This document shows, in pieces, positions 20,289 to 28,358 of a DNA stretch of 50,859 nt. Positions within the stretch are counted from its first letter, which is position 1, and each line of letters opens with the position of its first letter. Source of the DNA: Bacteroidales bacterium. Lineage in GTDB: Bacteria > Bacteroidota > Bacteroidia > Bacteroidales > UBA7960. The notes below the pieces were generated by a model. It worked only from the letters and a program-made list of their open reading frames with translations. It was not told the DNA's origin and searched no databases. Where the stretch lies: NCBI GenBank assembly GCA_046261715.1, contig JBHEOF010000004.1:16064-66922 (forward strand), in the 5' to 3' direction. Position numbers and translations under genes: made by a program.

Positions 20289-20319
20289 TTGTATCGAATG
20301 CACCGATTTGTTAAATTTG
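20289..20319 (+). promoter_or_regulatory. Promoter of the P-type ATPase (TTG-N20-TAAATTTG)
   Basis: TTG at 20289-20291 and TAAATTTG at 20312-20319. Confidence 0.55.
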
Positions 20320-20359
20320 TAATTAATCAAAATATCTCTGTTCTAAAAATTAAACCTAT

Positions 20360-23077
20360 ATGACCAAGGAAAAAGAAAAAAAAGCAGCTGAAAAGAAGAC
20401 AGCTGAAAAATGGCATGCAAAAGAAGCTGAAGAAGTGCTGAAAGAAATGGAAAGCAATGCCAATGATGGTCTGAGTGATAGTGAAGTTTCTGAAAGATTG
20501 GAGAAATATGGTAAAAACGAGCTTCCCAAAGGTAAAAAGCGAAGCTGGTGGATGCGCCTGCTGATGCAGTTTCACAACGTACTGATTTATGTTTTATTGG
20601 CTGCAGCAGTTATTACGGCCCTTATGGAGCATTATATTGATATGTGGGTTATTCTTGCGGTGGTTATGGTTAATGCCATCATCGGATTTATCCAGGAAGG
20701 AAAAGCTGAACAGGCAATGGAAAGCATACGTAATATGCTATCATTGAATGCAGTTGTAATAAGAAACGGTAAGAAAAAAACCATTGATGCAGAAGAACTG
20801 GTGCCTGGTGATATTGTGATGCTAAAATCGGGCAATAAAGTTCCTGCCGATTTACGTTTGATAAAAACCAAGGATCTTCAGGTGGAAGAATCGCCGCTTA
20901 CAGGAGAATCCACCTCAGTTGATAAATCTACAGATCCTGTGGAAGAAGATGCGGTTATAGGCGACCAGTATTCTATGGCATTTTCCGGAACCGTTGTTAC
21001 TTTCGGAAAAGCAACAGGAGTGGTAACTGCCACGGGTTTAAAAACAGAGTTGGGCAAAATCAAGGAGATGATGTCTGACGTGGAAGAAATTACCACACCC
21101 CTCTTACAAAAAATTGATAAGTTTGGAAAATGGCTTTCCCTTGTAATTATAGGAATTACTGCAGCATTCTTTGCTTTTGGATATTACCTGAGAGATTATT
21201 CAATTGATGAATTATTCCTTGCAGCCATCGGACTGATTGTCGCAGCAATCCCTGAAGGTTTGCCAGCCATTATGACCATTACACTGGCAATTGGAGTACA
21301 ACGTATGGCCAGTCGCAATGCAATTATCCGAAGATTACCTTCTGTTGAAACTCTTGGCGCAGTAAATGTAATTTGTTCTGATAAAACCGGTACTCTCACC
21401 CGCAATGAAATGACTGCCAGAACCATTGTAACTGCCGATAATAAGTATACAATTGAAGGAACAGGATATGAACCCGAAGGAAAAATTCTGTTGGATGAAA
21501 AAGAAGTTAATCCTGAAGATGATAAAGTTTTGCTTCAACTGTTAAAAACAATAAGAGCCAGCAACAATTCCGAAATTGAAAAAGATAATGATGGTAACTG
21601 GAAACTAACCGGCACTCCCACAGAAGGAGCATTATTAACCCTGAGTTATAAGGCAGGTTTTGAAGACTTCAAACCTGAACGTATTGACTCAATACCCTTT
21701 GAATCTGACCATAAATATATGGCAACTCTCAACCAGGTAAATGATGACAGGTATATTTTTATGACCGGTGCTCCTGAAAGGATCCTTGAAATGTGCGATA
21801 AGCAATATACTAAGGATGGAGAAAAAGATCTGGATGTGGAGTTCTGGGAGAAAAAAACAGATGAGGTAGCAGCCAAAGGCCAGCGGCTTTTGGGTGCAGC
21901 TTTCAGGAAGGTTGATAAAAACCGCAAAGATATTGAAAAGGACGATCTGAAAAAGAATAAAATATTCCTGGGAGTTATTGGTATCATTGACCCACCACGC
22001 GATGAAGTGATCGAAGCTATTAAAGAATGTAAAGAAGCAGGTGTACAGGTTAAAATGATCACCGGCGATCACGCCATTACTGCTAAAGCTATAGGTAAAG
22101 AAATTGGTATTGGTGATGGTGAAAAAGCTATGACAGGTAAGGAACTGGAAGAAAAGAGCGATGAAGACCTGCTAAAAATTGTACTGGAATATGATGTTTA
22201 TGCCCGCACCAGTCCTGAACACAAATTAAGGCTCGTTACCGCCCTGCAGAAGAATGATAAACTGGCTGCAATGACAGGGGATGGAGTGAACGACGCGCCT
22301 GCCCTTAAAAAGGCGAACATTGGCATTGCCATGGGTATCAAGGGTACTGAAGTTTCAAAAGATGCATCAGAAATGGTACTTGCCGATGATAATTTTGCAT
22401 CTATTGTAAATGCCATCGAAGAAGGACGAACGGTATATGACAACATCCGGAAGGCCATCCTTTTTATTCTGCCCACCAATGGAGCTGAAGCACTGGTGCT
22501 TATGGCTGCAATTTTGCTGGGTATCATAATGCCTATAACTCCCGTGCAGGTATTGTGGGTGAATATGGTTACGGCAGTTACACTTGCCCTGGCACTTTCT
22601 TTTGAACCTATGGAAGAAAAGGTGATGGAAAAACCTCCCCGAAAAGCTGATGAACCGATCCTGGGGCTCCACTTTGTATGGAGAATTGTTTTTGTTTCAT
22701 TTTTAATTGGTGGCCTAACGTTCTATGTTTTTAACTATGCACAAAATACGCTTGAGCTAAGCAATGAAATAGCGCGAACCCTGGCGGTAAACACACTGGT
22801 AGCCGGACAATTATTTTATCTTTTTAATTGCCGTAAAATTAAATTACCAAGCGTTGGTAAAGGATTTTTTAACAATCAATATGCATTTTATGCAGCAGCA
22901 GTTCTTGTAGCATTGCAAATGGTATTTGTTTATGTTCCGTTTATGAATACTTTTTTTGGTACAGCCCCAATCGAAAGTACTTTATGGCTCTACCCTGCAG
23001 TTTCAGGATTGATAGTTTTTATTGTTGTTGAAATTGAGAAGCTTATTGTGAATAAAATTACAGGTAAGAGTGATTAA
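20360..23077 (+). CDS. Type II cation-transporting P-type ATPase
   Basis: LTGES, IPEGLP, CSDKTGTLT (phospho-Asp), MITGDH and MTGDGVNDAPAL; about 10 TMs. Confidence 0.95.
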   Translation: MTKEKEKKAAEKKTAEKWHAKEAEEVLKEMESNANDGLSDSEVSERLEKYGKNELPKGKKRSWWMRLLMQFHNVLIYVLLAAAVITALMEHYIDMWVILAVVMVNAIIGFIQEGKAEQAMESIRNMLSLNAVVIRNGKKKTIDAEELVPGDIVMLKSGNKVPADLRLIKTKDLQVEESPLTGESTSVDKSTDPVEEDAVIGDQYSMAFSGTVVTFGKATGVVTATGLKTELGKIKEMMSDVEEITTPLLQKIDKFGKWLSLVIIGITAAFFAFGYYLRDYSIDELFLAAIGLIVAAIPEGLPAIMTITLAIGVQRMASRNAIIRRLPSVETLGAVNVICSDKTGTLTRNEMTARTIVTADNKYTIEGTGYEPEGKILLDEKEVNPEDDKVLLQLLKTIRASNNSEIEKDNDGNWKLTGTPTEGALLTLSYKAGFEDFKPERIDSIPFESDHKYMATLNQVNDDRYIFMTGAPERILEMCDKQYTKDGEKDLDVEFWEKKTDEVAAKGQRLLGAAFRKVDKNRKDIEKDDLKKNKIFLGVIGIIDPPRDEVIEAIKECKEAGVQVKMITGDHAITAKAIGKEIGIGDGEKAMTGKELEEKSDEDLLKIVLEYDVYARTSPEHKLRLVTALQKNDKLAAMTGDGVNDAPALKKANIGIAMGIKGTEVSKDASEMVLADDNFASIVNAIEEGRTVYDNIRKAILFILPTNGAEALVLMAAILLGIIMPITPVQVLWVNMVTAVTLALALSFEPMEEKVMEKPPRKADEPILGLHFVWRIVFVSFLIGGLTFYVFNYAQNTLELSNEIARTLAVNTLVAGQLFYLFNCRKIKLPSVGKGFFNNQYAFYAAAVLVALQMVFVYVPFMNTFFGTAPIESTLWLYPAVSGLIVFIVVEIEKLIVNKITGKSD

Positions 23078-23105
23078 TAAAATATAAGCAAATAATCTAT
23101 AAATG

Positions 23106-23234
23106 AAAGAGACTGCATCAAAATTGCTAGTTGGTCGTTGAGCCTGTCGAAACGACATCTGATTACAAGTCAGATAACCGCTTCGACAGGCTCAGCGTAC
23201 ATATAAAATATGGTACTTTTGAGTCAGCCTCTTT
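23106..23234. mobile_element. MITE-like element with imperfect terminal inverted repeats and an internal REP-like palindrome
   Basis: AAAGAGACTGCATCAAAA (23106-23123) vs TTTTGAGTCAGCCTCTTT (23217-23234), 15/18 complementary; nested inner inverted repeats; lies between convergent genes. Confidence 0.55.
23136..23197. repeat. REP-like GC-rich palindrome
   Basis: CGTTGAGCCTGTCGAAACG (23136-23154) and CGCTTCGACAGGCTCAGCG (23179-23197), 17/19 complementary, enclosing the hairpin ATCTGATT-aca-AGTCAGAT. Confidence 0.85.
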
Positions 23235-23265
23235 TTTTAAATCTCCGAAATATAATTCAAATCAA

Positions 23266-24141
23266 CTACATAATCTTCTCTCTATATACACCCAGGTCTT
23301 TGGTCCACTGATTCACAATAAAACTGTTTTTATCAATCCAGTTTCTCACACCCACCAAAGGATCGGATTCAAGGCGTAATTCAAAAAGAAGAGAATTAAT
23401 TTGTGTTTCAGTAAGCTTCATTCTTTTAAAGAATTCTGCGGCTCGCGGATGTTCTTCTGAAAACCCCCGTCGTGCTAAAGTATGAATTTTTTCTTCCTCC
23501 ATAAATATTCTTTCAGGGTCATCCAGATAGCGCAATTCATAGCGATGGAACAGCCAATGGGGCTCCCAGCCTGTTATAACTATATCCTCACGGCGCCGGA
23601 TAGCATTTTCAAGCTTTTCGGTCATTTCACTCTCAGAGGATACCTGCAGATCATGTTTTAATTCATAAGCATCTATGGCTCTCCTGGTATGAAACATAAT
23701 ACCTGCTGCAGAATCAATTCCCACTAGTGTTCCATTATACAAATCATTTAATTGAGCAATACTTTCAGCTGCAAAATAATCAGGTACTACCAGACCTGTT
23801 CTGGCCATTTCGTAATTTGGGCCTAAATCCTCCAGTTCATTGTCGTACAACTGCAAATATTCGCTGTGGGTAGCCGGAAGCCATGCATCAGCAAATACAT
23901 CCGCCTCTCCTGCTGCAATATCATTAAATGCAGTGCTTACATCGGTCAGTTTCAGGATCACTTCGTAATCCAGATCCCTTTCAAGCAAAACCATAGCGAG
24001 ATGTGTTAGTGCAATACTCTCGGACCAGTCAGTATAAACTATAAAAATTTCTCCGGGTTTTTCTTCCCTGTATTCAGAAGGACCCTTGCATGCAAACATT
24101 ACAATGCCTGCAACCATAAATAAAATTGCTTTTTTAAACAT
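23266..24141 (-). CDS. Glycine betaine-type substrate-binding lipoprotein (OpuAC/ProX family), second copy
   Basis: Lipobox FAC; DWSES, DAWLPATH, LGPNY and GWEPHW retain the tryptophan-box residues. Confidence 0.9.
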   Translation of the reverse strand: MFKKAILFMVAGIVMFACKGPSEYREEKPGEIFIVYTDWSESIALTHLAMVLLERDLDYEVILKLTDVSTAFNDIAAGEADVFADAWLPATHSEYLQLYDNELEDLGPNYEMARTGLVVPDYFAAESIAQLNDLYNGTLVGIDSAAGIMFHTRRAIDAYELKHDLQVSSESEMTEKLENAIRRREDIVITGWEPHWLFHRYELRYLDDPERIFMEEEKIHTLARRGFSEEHPRAAEFFKRMKLTETQINSLLFELRLESDPLVGVRNWIDKNSFIVNQWTKDLGVYREKIM

Positions 24142-24152
24142 GACAAATCTTT

Positions 24153-25082
24153 TTAGTCAAACAATGCTTTTAAAAATCCCACAGATTCTTTCGAATCTTT
24201 TACTATTAAAACAGGGATATTCTTTTCAACACTTGCCAGCTTTTCAGAAGTACTGTCCATAATAACATTGGCAAGCTGCGATTTGAGCCTTGTACCTGTA
24301 AGCACAAGGTCAAATCTGTTTCTTACAGCATAATTGTAAAGCGATTGTGCTTCATCGCCCTTTAAATCAACCGAGTATTCAAACGGAATATCCTTGGGAA
24401 GTTTATATTTCTTAACAAACTTATTATATTGTTTTTCCATGTATGGATCAAGTTGTATTCTTAACTTTTGTAAAGCCAGGGAAGTTTGCTCCGGAAAATA
24501 ATTATAAGGAAGTTTGTAAACATGATGAAACTCAATATCAGCCTGTGTTTCTTTGGCTATCAAACTAGCCATATGATACGCCGCATATGATGGTTTTGCA
24601 AAATTGGTGCGCACCATAATTCGACTTATATTGTACGGAGTGGTTTCACTTATCAGCAACACCGAAGAAGGAATCAGTCCGATAATATTTTTAACAACAC
24701 CCCCTTCACCGGCAAACCCGATTTTTTTACCCATTAAGGCCAGGTCAGTTTTATTTTTACGTGCAAACTGAACGATTTTTTCAGTAGTAATTCCTGATTC
24801 AAGCACAACAGATGGTTTCAGAGTATCAGCATAGCTGAAAATGGCATCAACTTTCTCCTGAATTTCTTCAAGTATTATCTCATTAAGGGGTCGATGACTG
24901 TCCGATAGAGAATCTGAAAGTTCTTCCGGAATCTCATAGGTATCCATTACATGAATAAATGTAATGGATTTAGGTTTGAACCTTTCGACAATATAATTTG
25001 AATAATTGATAAGGGATTCATCCATATCAGTGAGATCCAGGCAAATAAGAATATTATCAAATTTAAACATACTTTTTTCCAT
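24153..25082 (-). CDS. Universal stress protein (tandem USP domains)
   Basis: NILICLDLT…FIHV…DLALMG and second domain IMVRTNF…FHHV…DLVLTGTR…PVLIVK; 309 aa. Confidence 0.88.
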   Translation of the reverse strand: MEKSMFKFDNILICLDLTDMDESLINYSNYIVERFKPKSITFIHVMDTYEIPEELSDSLSDSHRPLNEIILEEIQEKVDAIFSYADTLKPSVVLESGITTEKIVQFARKNKTDLALMGKKIGFAGEGGVVKNIIGLIPSSVLLISETTPYNISRIMVRTNFAKPSYAAYHMASLIAKETQADIEFHHVYKLPYNYFPEQTSLALQKLRIQLDPYMEKQYNKFVKKYKLPKDIPFEYSVDLKGDEAQSLYNYAVRNRFDLVLTGTRLKSQLANVIMDSTSEKLASVEKNIPVLIVKDSKESVGFLKALFD

Positions 25083-25085
25083 ATA

Positions 25086-26702
25086 TTAAGATTTTTTATC
25101 GCGTTTTGATATAAGTTCACCAACTATATCCTTATATGATTTTCTTTCTTTTTCAAGATCATGCCGCATAAGCATAAAGTACTCCTGTGAAAGTCCTTTA
25201 GTCAGACTATAGGTCATAATCATTAAAATGATGGTAAAAGGCAGCGCTGTAGTTATGGCAGCTGTTTGCAGTGCTCCCAACCCGCCACCAATAAGTAATA
25301 CAGCTGCAACACCACCTTCGGTGAGTGCCCAGAAAACTCTTTGAGCAACCGGTGCATCCAGTTTACCTCCGGCGGTAAGACTATCAATAACCAGAGAACC
25401 GGAGTCGGAAGATGTTACAAAGAAACTTGTTACCAGTATAATACCAACCACAGATGTAAAAGCTCCAATGGGAAACTGATCCAGAAGTACATACAGGGAA
25501 GTGGCGACATTGCTTTGCACTGCAGAAGTAATATCAGCCAATCCATTTAGTTCAAGATATAAAGCGGAGCCTCCGAAAGCTGATAACCATAAAAAGGTAA
25601 GAATGGTGGGCACAATCAAAACACCCAGTATAAACTCTCTGATCGTGCGCCCGCGTGAAATACGTGCAATAAACATTCCCACAAAGGGCGACCAGCTGAT
25701 CCACCAGGCCCAGTAAAAAACTGTCCAGCTTTTTTGCCAGTCACTTTGCGTATACGTTTCAGTCCAGAAACTCAGCTCAAAGAAATTCTGAAGATAAGCA
25801 CCTGTATTTTGTACAAAGGAGTTAAAAATAAAAAGACTTGGCCCAACAATCAGAATAAACAGCAAAAAGAAAGCAGCTATAATAATGTTAAGCTGACTTA
25901 ATCTTTTTACACCTTGGCTCAAACCTGCAACTACAGAACCTGTTGCAGCAAGGGTAATTAAACCAATGAGAAGCACCTGCATATTGGTTGTATCTGACAA
26001 ACCGGTAAGATGATTCAAACCCGCACTCACCTGCTGTACACCCAGACCCAATGATGTGGCCAAACCAAACAATGTTGCCACAACAGCAAGAACGTTAATG
26101 ATTTTTCCCGCTCTACCATGTACTTTTTCACCAATCAGTGGATAAAAAACCGAACTAATTGTCAATGGAAGTTTTTTATTGAATGTAAAAAATGCCAGCG
26201 ACATCCCCACCAAAGCATAAATACCCCATGCATGAAAGCCCCAATGAAGAAATGTAAGCCGCATGGATTGTCTGGCTGCCTCAATTGTTTCACCTGCACC
26301 AAGCGGCGGATTAATATAATGCAATACTGGTTCTCCTACACTCCAGAACAAAATACCAATTCCCATACCCGCACTGAACAACATGGAAAACCATGATCCC
26401 TTTTTGAACTCGGGCTTGGCTGTCCTGCCTCCTATTCGAATATTGCCGAATTTACTAAAAGCAATAGAGAGAGAAAAAATCAGGAAAAAGTTTACAGATA
26501 ATATAAAGAACCAACCTCCGTATTCTGAGATACTATCCTGAATACTGGCAAAAATCCGCTCCATGGGTTCACCTACTAATAGCGTAATACTAATAAATAA
26601 TACGATAACTACCGACGACGGCCAAAAAACCCACGGATCAACATCAAAATACTTTTTTTTCTTTATAATAGGATTTTTTTCTTCATGAAATTCTTTCTTC
26701 AT
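25086..26702 (-). CDS. BCCT-family transporter, glycine betaine/Na+ type (OpuD/BetP-like)
   Basis: MLFSAGMGIG, HWGFHAWGIY, WTVFYWAWWISWSPFVGMFIARISRGRTIREF and FFVTSSDSGS. Confidence 0.95.
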   Translation of the reverse strand: MKKEFHEEKNPIIKKKKYFDVDPWVFWPSSVVIVLFISITLLVGEPMERIFASIQDSISEYGGWFFILSVNFFLIFSLSIAFSKFGNIRIGGRTAKPEFKKGSWFSMLFSAGMGIGILFWSVGEPVLHYINPPLGAGETIEAARQSMRLTFLHWGFHAWGIYALVGMSLAFFTFNKKLPLTISSVFYPLIGEKVHGRAGKIINVLAVVATLFGLATSLGLGVQQVSAGLNHLTGLSDTTNMQVLLIGLITLAATGSVVAGLSQGVKRLSQLNIIIAAFFLLFILIVGPSLFIFNSFVQNTGAYLQNFFELSFWTETYTQSDWQKSWTVFYWAWWISWSPFVGMFIARISRGRTIREFILGVLIVPTILTFLWLSAFGGSALYLELNGLADITSAVQSNVATSLYVLLDQFPIGAFTSVVGIILVTSFFVTSSDSGSLVIDSLTAGGKLDAPVAQRVFWALTEGGVAAVLLIGGGLGALQTAAITTALPFTIILMIMTYSLTKGLSQEYFMLMRHDLEKERKSYKDIVGELISKRDKKS

Positions 26703-26764
26703 ACTTTACAGGTTTAATAATTAATGTTGTCTTATTAAATATTAACAATTTGAGAAGTAAAAAG

Positions 26765-26772
26765 CAAATGTA
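26765..26772 (-). promoter_or_regulatory. -7 element for the BCCT-USP-SBP operon
   Basis: Minus-strand TACATTTG, 62 nt before the BCCT start. Confidence 0.6.
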
Positions 26773-26837
26773 AAAAAAACCTGCAATAACTTAAAATTCA
26801 TAATTATTTCTTAAAAATTCAAGTTATAATATCTTTA

Positions 26838-26845
26838 TACCTTTG
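26838..26845 (+). promoter_or_regulatory. -7 element for the barrel/opuA operon
   Basis: TACCTTTG, 38 nt before ATG 26884. Confidence 0.6.
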
Positions 26846-26883
26846 CATACAAAGAAACCTTTTTAAGAACAAAAAATTTGCGT

Positions 26884-28137
26884 ATGATTTTTAAAACAGA
26901 CCATTTAAAAAACATTACAACCTTAAATTTATTACTAATCATTTTTACAGTTACTCCGGCAATAGCGCAGGATACTGATGATGAAGATTATTTGAATGTG
27001 GGCGGTGCAGTGAGGTACAACATTGCACACCAAAATTATGAAAGTGAACCTACAGCAACAAACACTTATGGAACAATGGATACATGGCGTTTAAACATAT
27101 CTGCCATGTACAGTGACGTAAGTCTTAGTTTTGAATACCGCTTCTATCCTACTTTTAACACACACTTTATACATCACGGATACCTGGGATATGATTTTTC
27201 AGATAACCTGAACATGCAACTGGGAGTAACCCAGGTACCCTTTGGTAACCTGACCTGGAATTCACACAGTTGGTGGTTTCTTACCCCTTATTATGTTGGT
27301 TTGGAAGATGATTACGACATGGGTATTAAGTTCTCTTATGACTTTTCTGAAAGACTCAATCTTATGTTTGCCTATTTTCGTCAGCAGGAACCTGCAGGCC
27401 CGGCCTACGGTAGTGCGAGCTTTGGTGGGCCCGGAGCTGGAACCTATTCCTACAATGTAATTCCTGATAATGCCGGCGTACTTTCTAATACAGGCGCTAA
27501 CTCCAGCATCAGGGAGTTAAACCAGTTTAATGCAAGGCTGAATTATGAAATCTTTGATGGAACCACTATTGGCTTTTCAGGACAACTACAAGGTTTGTAC
27601 AACTCTGTTCTTGAAGAAACTGAATATGGCCATGCCATTGCAGCACACCTTATGTCAAATTTTGACGACTTTAACCTGCAACTGCAGTTCATCAACTATG
27701 ATTATGCAGCCAAAGATGACGAAGGAAATACTCTTGACCGCATTCAGATGGGTGCCTACGGAGACCCCTACTATGGCGACGGTGTAGCTGCCCGTGCAAA
27801 TATTATTACAGCAGGACTTGCTTATACCATTGGTGTTGACTGGGGCCCCATTAGCAGTGTACAACCCTATATCGATTATTCTTTGATGACCAAAGATGGA
27901 GAAATCAACGGAATGAACTTCGAAAATACCCATATGCTTGTTCCTGGTTTCCTTATAACTGCAGGAAATATATATACTTATGTCGATTTTGCCATGGGTA
28001 AAAACCACCCCTGGTTAACAGACAGCTTCGGAACCGGACTGGGTGCCGGACATCTTACTGAAGAAGGCAACCCCGCACCCGTTGAAGATCTCGACTGGAA
28101 CCTGCGTTTCAATATCAATATTGGATACTACTTCTAA
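26884..28137 (+). CDS. Uncharacterised outer-membrane beta-barrel (putative porin)
   Basis: Signal peptide (…PAIA/QD), alternating amphipathic strands, rich in G/Y/N/D, C-terminal beta-signal LRFNINIGYYF. Confidence 0.8.
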   Translation: MIFKTDHLKNITTLNLLLIIFTVTPAIAQDTDDEDYLNVGGAVRYNIAHQNYESEPTATNTYGTMDTWRLNISAMYSDVSLSFEYRFYPTFNTHFIHHGYLGYDFSDNLNMQLGVTQVPFGNLTWNSHSWWFLTPYYVGLEDDYDMGIKFSYDFSERLNLMFAYFRQQEPAGPAYGSASFGGPGAGTYSYNVIPDNAGVLSNTGANSSIRELNQFNARLNYEIFDGTTIGFSGQLQGLYNSVLEETEYGHAIAAHLMSNFDDFNLQLQFINYDYAAKDDEGNTLDRIQMGAYGDPYYGDGVAARANIITAGLAYTIGVDWGPISSVQPYIDYSLMTKDGEINGMNFENTHMLVPGFLITAGNIYTYVDFAMGKNHPWLTDSFGTGLGAGHLTEEGNPAPVEDLDWNLRFNINIGYYF

Positions 28138-28358
28138 AAAAGCAGATAATTATTAAGCTCATCGTATTATTATTTACAAGTTAGAAATATATTACTTTTT
28201 AAAACCTTAAAATAAACATGTCTGCTCTGAAAAGTTCTTTCAAGCTACTTTTCACCTGAATGAAATTAATTTTTCCGGAAAGAAATTCTACTTGCTCCGT
28301 TTCCAGAGTTAAACTTTTTGGAGCATGCTATTGATTTACAAACTAAAATTGTATTATT

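Noticed and set aside
23131-23379. 82-aa ORF MVVEPVETT…RFDRLS
   Set aside because: It is a translation of the palindromic repeat and runs antisense into the SBP gene, so it is not a credible protein.
25086-26702. Choline (BetT-type) specificity for the BCCT
   Set aside because: TM3 reads AGMGIG as in BetP/OpuD, not the Asp-containing GIGID motif of proton-coupled choline carriers.
28218-28334. Two tandem mini-ORFs (MSALKSSFKLLFT* and MKLIFPERNSTCSVSRVKLFGACY*) upstream of opuAC
   Set aside because: No leader-peptide composition bias; ORFs this short are expected by chance.
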